From Clostridia bacterium (lineage in GTDB: Bacteria; Bacillota; Clostridia; Oscillospirales; CAG-272): DNA of 64,000 bases. The notes under the pieces are model-generated. The model was not told the origin of the DNA. It searched no databases and worked only from the letters and a program-made list of their open reading frames with translations. The position numbers and the translations under genes were made by a program. The DNA lies in NCBI GenBank assembly GCA_017631325.1, contig JAGBTM010000025.1, positions 2,620 to 66,619 on the forward strand, read 5' to 3'. Of this stretch, positions 36,892 to 46,978 are shown piece after piece. The first letter of the stretch is position 1; each line of letters starts with the position of its first letter.

Positions 36892-37782
36892 ATGAATAAC
36901 GGAATTTCCGAGGCGTACAGAATTACGAAATCAATAGAAATAGATTTTCTAACCTCTATACACTACTTTGAATTTGACGACGGGTTCCTTGACAAAATGG
37001 AATCACACGACGCGTGGGAGCTTGTATATATCGACCGTGGCGAGTGCAACATCGTTGCCGACGAAAAAACCTTCAAGCTATCACAAGGCGAGATGTACTT
37101 TCACAAGCCCGGCGAAAGACACATGCTCAAAACCATCAAGGGCATCGCGCCTAACATATTTATTATCACATTTATCTCGCATTCCGACGCTATGCAATAC
37201 TTCGAGAATAAAAAGCTCTCTGCCACGATGGCAACAAAGCAACATATATCTGCGATAATTCACGAGGCCTCTAGCACCTTCGTGCTTCCCTTTAACAATC
37301 CCGTCATGGAGAAGCTTACGCCAAAGCCCGAGGGGGCGCTCTGGGGTGGTGAGCAGAGCGTACAGTTAAGGCTTGAGCTTATGCTCATAGAGCTGGTGCG
37401 TGAAAATCAGTATTATCTCTCGACGAGCAAAATGTTCGTTCCAAAGGAGATAATCGAGGACGAATTTGTACTTAAAATCATAGATTTTATGGAAAAGCGT
37501 CTGTACGGAAAATTCACTATGGACGAATTAAGCCACGAGCTTTCCTTCGGCAAGACATACATATCGAAATGCTTCGTCAGAGCGTGCGGATACTCGATTA
37601 TCGACTACTTCACGAAAATGAAGGTCAGCGAGGCGAAAAAGCTTATCCGAACGACAAAATACAATTTCTTTGAGATTTCGGAGATGCTGATGTTCTCAAA
37701 CTCGCACTACTTCTCTACCGTGTTCAAAAAATATACGGGTATGACCCCTTCGCAGTATAAGAAATCCTGTAAAAGAAGCTGA
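36892..37782 (+). CDS. AraC-family transcriptional regulator (cupin sensor domain plus HTH)
   Basis: 296 aa; the C-terminus FSNSHYFSTVFKKYTGMTPSQYK is a typical AraC HTH. Confidence 0.85.
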   Translation: MNNGISEAYRITKSIEIDFLTSIHYFEFDDGFLDKMESHDAWELVYIDRGECNIVADEKTFKLSQGEMYFHKPGERHMLKTIKGIAPNIFIITFISHSDAMQYFENKKLSATMATKQHISAIIHEASSTFVLPFNNPVMEKLTPKPEGALWGGEQSVQLRLELMLIELVRENQYYLSTSKMFVPKEIIEDEFVLKIIDFMEKRLYGKFTMDELSHELSFGKTYISKCFVRACGYSIIDYFTKMKVSEAKKLIRTTKYNFFEISEMLMFSNSHYFSTVFKKYTGMTPSQYKKSCKRS

Positions 37783-37830
37783 TTTATAAACAACGGCAGA
37801 ATCATTTTTGGGGGATTCTAATAGAGATAG

Positions 37831-37868
37831 AAAAAACGGTGCTACCAAAATCGGTAGCGCCGTTTTTT
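37831..37868. terminator. Bidirectional rho-independent terminator
   Basis: AACGGTGCTACC-loop-GGTAGCGCCGTT, flanked by an A-run and a T-run. Confidence 0.75.
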
Positions 37869-37960
37869 GATTTTTATACAGTTAGTAAACTAAATGAACG
37901 CTAGAAAACAATTCACCCTGACAGATGTGCCACCGAGGACGGTGATACAAGTCACAGCAT

Positions 37961-38710
37961 CTAAAACTCGGTATACGCGAGTGGTGTAAGCTCGTCGTTA
38001 TAGGCAACGGCAAGCGCTGCAGCAATAATGCTTTTTGGTTGCAGGGTGCGAATCAGGTCTGCGGCGGCGGAAACCGAGGCTCCGCTCGTGATTACGTCGT
38101 CAATTAAAATCACTCTCCTACCCTTTAAATCCGGGGTATCCAAAAGTGCAAATTTTACGTTCTTTATTCGCAGGTCGCGATGAAGCGACTTCTGTGGTCT
38201 TTTGGAAAGCGATTTTAAGGTTGGTACATATTCAGCACCCGTCTTTTTCGCAATTAGCTTGGCAAGCGCTGCTGCGTGGTCATAGCCAAACTCAAGCTTG
38301 GCACGGCGTCTGCGCGGAACGGCAGTGATGACACACTCGTTTATATCTTTAACCGAGGCAGAAAGCGAGCGCACAAGCAGGCTCGCGGAAAGCTCCAAGA
38401 CGTCGGCTCTGCCGTCCTGCTTAAGGCTGTAAATCAACTTGTTCTGTGGCTCCGTATCCGGACGCCTGACGTAGCGATACACCTTAATTACGCTGTTAAT
38501 TTTATGGTGTCTGAGGTATTCGGTAGTACAGGTGCATTCCGAGAGAATTTTAGAGCATCTGGAACAGTTGCGCTGTATATTTTCCTTAAATTTGACAGAA
38601 CATTCAGGGCAGAATACCTTATCGGTGAAATTAAGGCGACTTTTACAAGACACGCATTTCGGCACGGAAAGGTAAAACAGGGCTCGTTCTACGAGTGATT
38701 TGACGTTCAT
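37961..38710 (-). CDS. comFC: ComF-family phosphoribosyltransferase-like protein
   Basis: 249 aa; N-terminal double zinc ribbon (CVSC..CPEC, CSRC..C) and PRT motif VILIDDVITSGAS. Confidence 0.8.
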   Translation of the reverse strand: MNVKSLVERALFYLSVPKCVSCKSRLNFTDKVFCPECSVKFKENIQRNCSRCSKILSECTCTTEYLRHHKINSVIKVYRYVRRPDTEPQNKLIYSLKQDGRADVLELSASLLVRSLSASVKDINECVITAVPRRRRAKLEFGYDHAAALAKLIAKKTGAEYVPTLKSLSKRPQKSLHRDLRIKNVKFALLDTPDLKGRRVILIDDVITSGASVSAAADLIRTLQPKSIIAAALAVAYNDELTPLAYTEF

Positions 38711-38719
38711 AAGGACGGA

Positions 38720-40375
38720 TTACTTCTGCTTAGGAAAGCTGTCCTTTAAGCCGACAATTCTGTTGAAGGTATTGGGATTTTTAGTGTCCTTGACGAAATA
38801 GCCACATCTGACAAACTGAAATCTCTCGCCTGCATTTGCATCGAGAAGCGACGCCTCAACCTTAACGCCCTCTACCTTTTTTGCCGAGTCGCGATTAAGG
38901 TAATCGTCAAAGGTCTTGCCCTCGGGAATGTCACCTACGTTCTCTATATCGAAGAGGAAATCGTAAAGCATAACAGTGCTGTCCTTACAGAAGCTCGAGG
39001 AGAGCCAATGTATAGTTCCCTTCACCTTTCTGCCGTCGATGGGCATATTGTTACGGGTTTCGAGATCTGCTGTACATCTGATTTCAACAACGTTACCCTC
39101 AGCGTCCTTAACAATCTCGTTGCACTTAACGATATACGCGCCCATAAGTCTTACCTCACCGTCAGGCTTCATACGGAAGAACTTGGGCGGGGGGACCTCT
39201 GCGAAATCGTCAGCATCAATATAAAGCTCACGGGTAAAGGGGAGCATTCTCGTGCCTGCGTCGGGATTTCCCGGATTATTTGAAACCTCGAAATACTCAA
39301 CCTTGTCCTCGGGATAGTTGGTAACTACAACCTTGATAGGCTTGAGAATAGCAATTCTACGGTCTGCGGTAGTATTAAGCTCCTCTCTGATACAGTGCTC
39401 AAGAAGCTCGTAATCGACTACGCTGTATGCCTTGGCAACGCCTGCGCGCGATACGAAGTCGAAAATGCTCGCAGGTGTGTAGCCACGTCTGCGAAGACCA
39501 CAGAGGGTGGGCATTCTCGGGTCATCCCAGCCGTCAACGAGGCCGGTCTCGACGAGGTTTCTTAGATATCTCTTAGACATAACGGTGTGCGTTACGTTAA
39601 GACGAGCGAACTCGCGCTGCTTCGGCTTGATTTCAAAGCCGATATTGTTGATAACCCACTCGTAGAGGGGTCTGTGGTTCTCGAACTCTATGGAGCAGAG
39701 TGAGTGAGTAATTCCCTCGAGCGCGTCCTGAATGGGATGCGCGTAGTCGTAAAGAGGATAAATGCACCACTTATTACCCTGTCTGTGATGGTCGGTGTGC
39801 ACTATTCGGTAAATCGCAGGGTCGCGCATATTCATATTTGAGGATGCCATATCAATTTTAGCTCTGAGAGTTTTAGCACCGTCGGGGAACTCACCGTTCT
39901 TCATGCGCTCAAAAAGTTCAAGGTTCTCATCTACGCTTCTGTCGCGATAAGGGCTGTTCTTACCAGGCTCGGTAAGGGTGCCTCTGTACTCACGAAGCTC
40001 GTCGGCATTGAGGTCGCACACGTACGCTTTGCCGTCCTTGATAAGCTGTACCGCATACTCGTAGCACTTATCAAAGTAATCCGAGCCGTAGAATATACCG
40101 CCGCTTGGCTCACAGCCGAGCCACTTGAGGTCCTCGTATATGCTCTCGACGTACTCGTTATCCTCTTTGGTGGGGTTGGTATCGTCGTAGCGAAGATTAA
40201 AAAGTCCACCGTACTTCTTAGCCGTAGTAGCGTTAATCCATATAGCCTTTGCCGAGCCGATATGAAGATAACCGTTGGGCTCGGGGGGAAATCTAGTATG
40301 AATTTTAAGCTCGGGGTTGTCCTTTAAGTCCTCGTCTATAATGTCGTGAATAAAATTGCCTCTTACCTCTTCCAT
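38720..40375 (-). CDS. glnS: Glutamine--tRNA ligase
   Basis: Start trimmed to MEEVRGNFI, 1 nt after the upstream stop. HIGH-type motif PEPNGYLHIGSAKA and KMSKS-type motif VMSKR. Confidence 0.9.
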   Translation of the reverse strand: MEEVRGNFIHDIIDEDLKDNPELKIHTRFPPEPNGYLHIGSAKAIWINATTAKKYGGLFNLRYDDTNPTKEDNEYVESIYEDLKWLGCEPSGGIFYGSDYFDKCYEYAVQLIKDGKAYVCDLNADELREYRGTLTEPGKNSPYRDRSVDENLELFERMKNGEFPDGAKTLRAKIDMASSNMNMRDPAIYRIVHTDHHRQGNKWCIYPLYDYAHPIQDALEGITHSLCSIEFENHRPLYEWVINNIGFEIKPKQREFARLNVTHTVMSKRYLRNLVETGLVDGWDDPRMPTLCGLRRRGYTPASIFDFVSRAGVAKAYSVVDYELLEHCIREELNTTADRRIAILKPIKVVVTNYPEDKVEYFEVSNNPGNPDAGTRMLPFTRELYIDADDFAEVPPPKFFRMKPDGEVRLMGAYIVKCNEIVKDAEGNVVEIRCTADLETRNNMPIDGRKVKGTIHWLSSSFCKDSTVMLYDFLFDIENVGDIPEGKTFDDYLNRDSAKKVEGVKVEASLLDANAGERFQFVRCGYFVKDTKNPNTFNRIVGLKDSFPKQK

Positions 40376-40376
40376 T

Positions 40377-40991
40377 TCAAATAAACCTCTGTCTTTTGAA
40401 TTCTTCAATGTATTTTTGAACCGTTGTGCTCTCGCCGTGTCCGGAATACAACACGGTATCACCGTCAAGCTCACATATACGGCCTATTGATTTTTTAAGT
40501 GCGTTAAGGTCGCCCGTTGGTAAATCCCATCTACCAAAGCCGCCTCCCGCAAAAACCGTGTCACCTACGAAAGACATCCCCTCAGATAGAAGCGCTATCG
40601 AGCCGGACGTGTGACCGGAAAGCTCCAAAACGCGAAGCGTCTCGCTACCTAAAGCAAAGGTGTCACCTTCGCGCACGGTTTGATACTTCCCGTAGTATCC
40701 GTTGTTTCTGCCTGAAAATAAAGTGTAACAATTAAGATTTCCGTCTGAAAGCTTATCTGCGTCGCCCTCTGAGACAAGTACGGGCGCACCTGTTTTCGAA
40801 GCCCACGAGTTAATATCGAGCATGTGGTCAAAATGCGCATGCGTTAGAAAAATATACTTCAGCTTGCCCGAAATCAGCTCCTCGCAATAAGGAACTGCGG
40901 GGTCGATTATGGCGCACTCACCGTCCGATGCGACGATATAAGTATTGGCTGAAAACGCGTGGTAAGACTGCGGTTTTTTAACTAAGAGCAT
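40377..40991 (-). CDS. MBL-fold metallo-hydrolase
   Basis: 204 aa; THAHFDH metal motif. Confidence 0.85.
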   Translation of the reverse strand: MLLVKKPQSYHAFSANTYIVASDGECAIIDPAVPYCEELISGKLKYIFLTHAHFDHMLDINSWASKTGAPVLVSEGDADKLSDGNLNCYTLFSGRNNGYYGKYQTVREGDTFALGSETLRVLELSGHTSGSIALLSEGMSFVGDTVFAGGGFGRWDLPTGDLNALKKSIGRICELDGDTVLYSGHGESTTVQKYIEEFKRQRFI

Positions 40992-41119
40992 CTATCTCTC
41001 CTATATTTTTGTCAAGCTCTGGCTACAATAATATAAAAGTATACCATATTTTTTTAAAGTTGTCTAGATATTTATTAAAAAAATCTCACTTTTAGACAAC
41101 TTTTTTATTATTACGCGCA

Positions 41120-41167
41120 AAAAAACGAAAAACAAGGTCGGACAAAGCAGCGCTAAAATCCGACCTT
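41120..41167 (-). terminator. Rho-independent terminator
   Basis: Minus strand reads AAGGTCGGA-loop-TCCGACCTT followed by GTTTTTCGTTTTTTT. Confidence 0.7.
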
Positions 41168-41220
41168 GATAATTCATATTAAATTAAATCTCACGTTAAA
41201 GATGCATTCGAGAGTCGGAA

Positions 41221-42186
41221 TTATTCCTTAGGAGAAGCAACCGACTCGCAGATAGCGTTTGCAAGACCTGCTACGCCCTGAATATTTGAGGGGATAATAA
41301 TTTTCGTTGCCTTACCGTCTGCGGCACGCTCGAAGGCCTCCAGACTCTTGAGAGATATGACTGCATCGGAGGGCTTTGCATCGTTTATCATTTTGATACC
41401 CTCTGCCGTTGCGGTCTGTATCTTGAGTATCGCCTCGGCCTCACCCTCGGCCTCCTTTATTTTAGCCTCGCGCGCTGCCTCTGCGCGAAGAATAGCCGAC
41501 TCCTTCTCTGCCTCAGCGGCAAGAATAAGCTGGCGCTTGTTACCCTCTGCAATAAGAATAGTGGAATTTTTTTCACCCTCGGCCTTGAGGATAAGCTCAC
41601 GGCGCTCACGCTCCGCCTTCATCTGCTTCTCCATGGCGTCCTGGATTTCCTTCGGGGGAATGATATTCTTGAGCTCTACTCTGTTTACCTTGATACCCCA
41701 AGGGTCAGTTGCCTCGTCGAGTATTGCGCGCATTTTGGTGTTAATTATGTCGCGCGAGGTGAGTGTCTGGTCGAGGTCAAGCTCACCGATAATGTTTCTA
41801 AGCGTTGTCGCGGTGAGGTTCTCGATAGCCATAAGAGGACTTGTTACACCATAGGTGTAAAGCTTACAGTCGGTTATCTGATAGAACACAACCGTATCTA
41901 TCTGCATTCTTACGTTATCCTTAGTGATAACGGCCTGGGGCTGAAAGTCTACTACCTGCTCCATGAGCGTTATTTTCATAGCTACTCTCTCGATAAAGGG
42001 AATCTTGAAATGCACGCCTGTGTGCCAGGTTTTGCTATAGCTACCGAGTCTCTCGATAACCTGCGCCGTAGCCTGCGGCACGATTTTGATATTCGAGGCA
42101 AGTATTGCCACGATGACGGCTAGAAGAATCAAAACAACGACGAGAGGTCCTGAGTCTCCCGTAGCAAGAAGCGAACCGTAATACAT
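41221..42186 (-). CDS. SPFH/band-7 (stomatin/prohibitin-like) protein
   Basis: 321 aa; N-terminal TM, an SPFH core, and an A/E/K-rich coiled coil. Confidence 0.85.
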   Translation of the reverse strand: MYYGSLLATGDSGPLVVVLILLAVIVAILASNIKIVPQATAQVIERLGSYSKTWHTGVHFKIPFIERVAMKITLMEQVVDFQPQAVITKDNVRMQIDTVVFYQITDCKLYTYGVTSPLMAIENLTATTLRNIIGELDLDQTLTSRDIINTKMRAILDEATDPWGIKVNRVELKNIIPPKEIQDAMEKQMKAERERRELILKAEGEKNSTILIAEGNKRQLILAAEAEKESAILRAEAAREAKIKEAEGEAEAILKIQTATAEGIKMINDAKPSDAVISLKSLEAFERAADGKATKIIIPSNIQGVAGLANAICESVASPKE

Positions 42187-42207
42187 ATAAGTACCTCCTA
42201 GAAAAAA

Positions 42208-42636
42208 TTACTTTTTACAAATAAGCTTTACGCCCTCGATGGCGACGATATTGAGAACCTCACCGACCTCGAAGGTATCGTTCTCGTATGCACCGCGCGC
42301 GGACCATATCTGGCCATTTACTCTGGCCTGGCCGCAGCCTGCAAAGTTGTCAATACGCTCGGTGACTACACATCTTTCACCTATTATTGCCTCGATATTG
42401 GTTCTTGAGTCCCTCTCACGCTTGAATTTTGAAAAAATAGTCTTTGCAAGAATTATACCTACGGCAGAGATTATAAAAAATACGATAACCTGCCATACTA
42501 AATCAACGCCGAAAAAGTCCATAACCGTAGCGACGATAGCCGCAGGAACGAACCAGATGGATACCAGCTGGTCAGTCACCGCCTCGAGTATGATGGCGAT
42601 AACAATAATGGCAACCCATGCCCAACCGTACGTCAC
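42208..42636 (-). CDS. NfeD-family membrane protein
   Basis: Start trimmed to the GTG 8 nt after GGAGG. It has TM helices plus a C-terminal OB-like domain, upstream of the SPFH gene, which is the classic pairing. Confidence 0.75.
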   Translation of the reverse strand: MTYGWAWVAIIVIAIILEAVTDQLVSIWFVPAAIVATVMDFFGVDLVWQVIVFFIISAVGIILAKTIFSKFKRERDSRTNIEAIIGERCVVTERIDNFAGCGQARVNGQIWSARGAYENDTFEVGEVLNIVAIEGVKLICKK

Positions 42637-42835
42637 TTTATTTTCCTCCGTTTTTAAGAAATTGAACGATTTTACTCGCACATTTATGATATCACATAGC
42701 AACATAATTGTCAATTCAGTTACATAAAATTTAAATAAAAAACCTTTTTTAGTTAACATAATTAAACTTTTGTATCGTTATTTCGACAAAATTAAGCAAA
42801 AAATGGCAACAAACAAGGTATTTTTCAAAAAAGAC

Positions 42836-42864
42836 TTGACAAAGCGAAAAAGTTATAGTATTAT
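42836..42864 (+). promoter_or_regulatory. Sigma-A promoter for the orphan ACP gene
   Basis: TTGACA, 17 nt, TATTAT. Confidence 0.55.
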
Positions 42865-42910
42865 TAAAAAGGTTTTTCTGGCACCACTGTAATAACAAAG
42901 GAGGGTAGTT

Positions 42911-43138
42911 ATGTTTGAAAATTTTAAGCAGTTTTTAGTTGAAGAGCTCCGTGTGAACGAGAACGATATCACTATGGAAGCTGAGCTTTCTGCGGATCTT
43001 GGAATTAATTCGCTTGAACTTGCAGACCTTGTTTATCTCTGTGAAGAAAGATTTAACGTAGAAATAGATGATGAGGAGCTCCACAATTTCAACACCGTTG
43101 GCGATGTTGTTCGCTATCTGGAATCCGTAGTTGATTAA
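42911..43138 (+). CDS. Acyl carrier protein-like, stand-alone
   Basis: 75 aa; the phosphopantetheine-site context is LGINSLELADLV (NSL where the canonical motif is DSL). No fab or PKS/NRPS genes are nearby. Confidence 0.7.
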   Translation: MFENFKQFLVEELRVNENDITMEAELSADLGINSLELADLVYLCEERFNVEIDDEELHNFNTVGDVVRYLESVVD

Positions 43139-43148
43139 TCAATAAATT

Positions 43149-43188
43149 AAAGGTTGCTATCGGTTTTACGAGTAGCAACCTTTGCTTT
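43149..43188 (+). terminator. Rho-independent terminator
   Basis: AAAGGTTGCTA-loop-TAGCAACCTTT followed by GCTTT. Confidence 0.65.
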
Positions 43189-43342
43189 AATATTAGGTTT
43201 ATTCACTCTGTTTCGCTATATCGGTATATCAGAGGAGAAATCTTTTTGCCAAAACGCTTTCTCGTTATTGATATTTATCATTAAACGGAACCCTTATTAG
43301 ATTATTCTCTAAGCAAAATCGTTGTTCGTTTTATTACTGGTA

Positions 43343-43675
43343 CTAAATTCTAACGTAAATAAAAATATCGTCCTCGTTTGCGACGAAATCAGAAAACAGC
43401 TCGGGAAATTTATTTATCAAAAAGCTTGCCTCACGCTCGCCCTCGATAAATGACTTGGGCGTTGCAAAGAACTGCACGGCTCCCCTCTCCTTCATTCGCT
43501 TCAGAATTCGTGTCGCTAAGAGGAACGTGCGAGAGGCAACGCGCTCGTCCGAGCGTTCTATATCAAATCTGACGATGGGCACACCAGAGGCACGCTCGCT
43601 TGCTACCGAAAACATTATTTCGGTCTCGAGATTATCTCTGGTTCGTCCCGTAAGCTTTGTCGTAGTGCACTGCAT
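43343..43675 (-). CDS. Hypothetical protein (110 aa)
   Basis: The ORF is reasonably protein-like, but I recognise no motif. Confidence 0.4.
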   Translation of the reverse strand: MQCTTTKLTGRTRDNLETEIMFSVASERASGVPIVRFDIERSDERVASRTFLLATRILKRMKERGAVQFFATPKSFIEGEREASFLINKFPELFSDFVANEDDIFIYVRI

Positions 43676-43803
43676 AGTAAATACTTCCTTATTTTTACTA
43701 TTGTTATTTTAGCACAAAATTTTCTAAATGTAAATAGCTTTCAACCTTGTTTTTATTTTAATTGTAATAAGTCCCGGTTTATCCCAGGCAGAACGGAGAA
43801 AAA

Positions 43804-44976
43804 ATGACAGAACTTCTTACAAAAATTTTTCTAAAGAACCACACCGACCCTGCCCTGCCCAAAACGCGAGAGGCCTACGGAACGTTTTCGAGCATTGTCG
43901 GTATCATCACGAATTTCATACTCGCGGCAGTTAAGTTTATAGCGGGACTTTTGTCCGGCTCGGTTGCGATTATGGCCGATGCCTTTAATAATCTCTCCGA
44001 CGCAGGCTCCTCGCTCATAACACTGATAAGCTTCAAGATTTCCTCGAAGCCAGCCGACAGAGACCACCCGTTCGGACATGCGAGAATGGAATACATCTGC
44101 TCGATGGTTGTTTCGTTTCTAATTCTGCTCGTCGGCTTTGAGCTGTTCACAAGCTCGCTCACCATACTCTTTAATCCCTCGAGCGCAAGCCCTATTGAAC
44201 TAACACCCGTTACGGTGGTGATACTCGTGGTTTCAATAGTCCTTAAGCTTTGGCTCGGTCTGTTTTATAAGGGTGTCGGCAAGAAAATCAACTCCGGAGT
44301 TCTCAGCGCGACAGCAACCGACTGCTTCTCGGACACGGTATCAACGCTTGCCGTTCTCGTCTGTGCTGTAATAATCCACTTTACAAGCTGGTATATAATC
44401 GACGCTGCAGTCGGTATAATCGTTTCTGCTCTTATTATCGTAGCAGGCGCAAAGATACTTAACGAAACGAAAAATGCACTTCTTGGCGAGGCTCCTGTCG
44501 AGGAGGTTGTAGAAAGCATTCGCATAATTGCAGCAAAATACCCCGAAATTATCGGTATCCACGACATGATTGTGCATAATTACGGCCCTAAGAATTTCAT
44601 CGCGTCGTTCCATGCAGAGGTTGACGGCGATGGCGACATTTATCTTTTGCACGACACTATTGACAACGTCGAAAAGGATATAAAGGAGACACTCGGCATT
44701 GCGTGTACGGTACACCTTGACCCCATCGACACGAGAGACGAGGTCTGCTCGGAGCTTAGGTCGTTCTTGTTCTCGGTTATGGAAAAGAACAAGCTTAATT
44801 ACTCCGTACACGATTTCAGAGTAGTTACGGGCGCAACTCACACAAATATGATTTTCGATATTATAGTACCCTTTGAGGAAAAAACCTCACCTGCCGTTAT
44901 TATAGAAAAAATTCAAAAGGCTGTAATTGAGCAAAGAGCAAATCACTATTGCGTTATCACGGTTGACAGAGGTTAA
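43804..44976 (+). CDS. Cation diffusion facilitator family transporter
   Basis: 390 aa; six TM segments with the ADAFNNLSD and DCFSD metal-site motifs, plus a C-terminal cytoplasmic domain. Confidence 0.85.
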   Translation: MTELLTKIFLKNHTDPALPKTREAYGTFSSIVGIITNFILAAVKFIAGLLSGSVAIMADAFNNLSDAGSSLITLISFKISSKPADRDHPFGHARMEYICSMVVSFLILLVGFELFTSSLTILFNPSSASPIELTPVTVVILVVSIVLKLWLGLFYKGVGKKINSGVLSATATDCFSDTVSTLAVLVCAVIIHFTSWYIIDAAVGIIVSALIIVAGAKILNETKNALLGEAPVEEVVESIRIIAAKYPEIIGIHDMIVHNYGPKNFIASFHAEVDGDGDIYLLHDTIDNVEKDIKETLGIACTVHLDPIDTRDEVCSELRSFLFSVMEKNKLNYSVHDFRVVTGATHTNMIFDIIVPFEEKTSPAVIIEKIQKAVIEQRANHYCVITVDRG

Positions 44977-45025
44977 TCCCAAAGTGTTAAAAACGTTATA
45001 TTAAAATGCACCGATGCTGACAAGA

Positions 45026-45066
45026 GGGCGCTCGCGATATTTTAGTCGCGAGCGCCCTGCTTTTTT
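45026..45066 (+). terminator. Rho-independent terminator
   Basis: GGGCGCTCGCGA-loop-TCGCGAGCGCCC followed by TGCTTTTTT. Confidence 0.8.
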
Positions 45067-45223
45067 ATAAAAATAATTTCTTCTGTAAAAGGTTTTAAGT
45101 AACAGCTTAAAAGGCTTTCAAGTAACAATTATATCAATGCATTTTCGAAAAAACTTATCTTCTATATGAAATTTCAAATAAATTATTTTTCGCATAACGC
45201 CTTTCAAGAAATACATTCTGCCA

Positions 45224-46174
45224 TTATTTATCTACGCGATTTTGCATTTCTCCACGATTGAACGCTTTGATGTTATCGAGTATGATGTTAATACAGCGCT
45301 CTCGCGCTTCGTAGGCTCCCCACGCTGCATGGGGTGTGAGAATAACGTTGTCAAGTCCCATTATATCGTTATATGGGTGGTCATTCGGGAATGGCTCAAC
45401 GCTGTAAACGTCGGAGCCAAAGCCTGCGATTTTTCCACTAAGCACGGCATCGCGCACGTCACTCTCGTTAAGCACTGATCCGCGCGCCTCGTTTACCAAG
45501 ATTACGCCGTCCTTCATTAAATTAATTCTATCCCGGCTTATGAGCGAGCGCGTAGCGTCGTTCAAGGGGCAGTGGACACTTATAATATCACTCTCATGGC
45601 ATAGGGTGTCTATGTCTACACATTTTACTGCGTCCGTTTCGGTGCGTTTGTTTACGATAACTCTTGCGCCAAAGGCCTCGGCAATTTTAGCTACCGCCTG
45701 ACCGATACCTCCGTATCCTATAATTCCCCATGTTTTACCCCTAAGCTCGTGATATACGGGAATAAGTCTGTTGGGTGTGCCAAAGCGCTGATATTCACCG
45801 CGCTTTACGAATGAAGAATATTCAAAAAGGTGAGAAACGAGCGCCAAGACGGTGCTTACAGTAAAGAGTGCGACGCTGTCAGAGGAATATCCCGGCACGT
45901 TCGTAACGGCTATGCCAAGCTCGCGCGCCGATTTGACGTCGATATTATCGTAGCCTGTTGCAAAAACACAAATAAGGCGCAGCTTCTTTGCCGAAAGCAT
46001 TGCCTCTCTGGTAATTTTGACCTTATTCAGCACCAATATTTCGCTCTCCTTACAGCGTTCGATGAGCTGCTCGGGTGCAGTTTTATCATATACGGTAAGC
46101 TCACCTATCTCGCTAAGGACGGATATAGGAGTGTCGCTTCCAAGGGTGTCTCTGTCAAGTATGGTAATTTTCAT
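45224..46174 (-). CDS. D-isomer-specific 2-hydroxyacid dehydrogenase
   Basis: Start trimmed to MKITILDRD; the 124-codon N-terminal extension in the track runs antisense across rpmG. It has the NAD fold GIIGYGGIGQAV and the catalytic region TPHAAW. Confidence 0.8.
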   Translation of the reverse strand: MKITILDRDTLGSDTPISVLSEIGELTVYDKTAPEQLIERCKESEILVLNKVKITREAMLSAKKLRLICVFATGYDNIDVKSARELGIAVTNVPGYSSDSVALFTVSTVLALVSHLFEYSSFVKRGEYQRFGTPNRLIPVYHELRGKTWGIIGYGGIGQAVAKIAEAFGARVIVNKRTETDAVKCVDIDTLCHESDIISVHCPLNDATRSLISRDRINLMKDGVILVNEARGSVLNESDVRDAVLSGKIAGFGSDVYSVEPFPNDHPYNDIMGLDNVILTPHAAWGAYEARERCINIILDNIKAFNRGEMQNRVDK

Positions 46175-46362
46175 ATCAGACCTCTTCTTTATTACTACCG
46201 ATATTATATAATAAGTCGCGCAAAAAGTCAATAATATCGAAAAAAGTAAGCGCCTCCGACACAAAGGATGTAAATTTGAGCGCAAAGATACACCTATTCT
46301 ATATGCGCCCACTGTATTATTATATAATAAATAATTATTTTCAAAAATTTTTAAAAAAGCTC

Positions 46363-46392
46363 TTGACAAAGCAGGTGTTAGTGTGGTAAAAT
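46363..46392 (+). promoter_or_regulatory. Sigma-A promoter for rpmG-secE-nusG
   Basis: TTGACA, 18 nt, TAAAAT; it is followed by a ~115-nt leader. Confidence 0.5.
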
Positions 46393-46508
46393 AATTGTAC
46401 CTCTGTATGGGGGCTTTTTTTGTGCGCTTTTTTTGGGACGGGCGCTGCCCTCTGCATTGAGGGAGGTATTCAACGGGTTCTACCCGAATTCTATCAGGAG
46501 GTGCCGAT

Positions 46509-46658
46509 ATGAGAGTCAAAATTACACTCGCTTGTACTGAATGCAAGCAAAGAAATTATGACACAAAGAAAAATAAGAAGAATGATCCGGACAGGCTTGA
46601 AATGAACAAGTACTGCCGTTTCTGCCGCAAACACACTTTGCACAAAGAAACTAAGTAA
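46509..46658 (+). CDS. rpmG: 50S ribosomal protein L33
   Basis: Not in the ORF track (49 aa). Sequence: [56 protein letters not shown]. Confidence 0.9.
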   Translation: MRVKITLACTECKQRNYDTKKNKKNDPDRLEMNKYCRFCRKHTLHKETK

Positions 46659-46675
46659 TTTCGGAGGATAAAGAG

Positions 46676-46966
46676 ATGGCAGAAGAAAAGAACGTTGCTC
46701 CCGCAGCCGATCAGAAGGCTGGGGACAAAAAGGTAAAGAACGCCTCGGGCAAGCCCAACTTTTTCGTTAGAGTTGGCCAGAAGATCGCAAAGATCTACAA
46801 GGACACCGTAGGCGAGCTTAAGAAGGTCGTTTGGACTCCTAAAAAGGAGGTCTTCAAGAGCTTCAAGCTTGTTATCGCTACCATCGTTGCCGTTGCGGTT
46901 GTTATCGCGGTTATCGATTTAAGTTCTTCTTGGATCATTAATTCTATTGCAGGCCTTATAGGCTAA
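46676..46966 (+). CDS. secE: Preprotein translocase subunit SecE
   Basis: 96 aa; ELKKVVWTPKKEV followed by a single TM. Confidence 0.85.
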   Translation: MAEEKNVAPAADQKAGDKKVKNASGKPNFFVRVGQKIAKIYKDTVGELKKVVWTPKKEVFKSFKLVIATIVAVAVVIAVIDLSSSWIINSIAGLIG

Positions 46967-46978
46967 AGATCCGAAGAT

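Noticed and set aside
40376-40991. T-box leader for glnS
   Set aside because: glnS starts 1 nt after the MBL-fold gene, so there is no leader space. No T-box sequence was seen.
45224-46546. Long N-terminal extensions in track ORFs: the 440-aa form of the dehydrogenase, and likewise 30721-32256, 38720-40474, 47552-48040, 42208-42759 and 50164-51165
   Set aside because: The extensions lack an RBS and run into neighbouring genes or promoters (for example, antisense over rpmG). Internal starts with good SDs give canonical N-termini.
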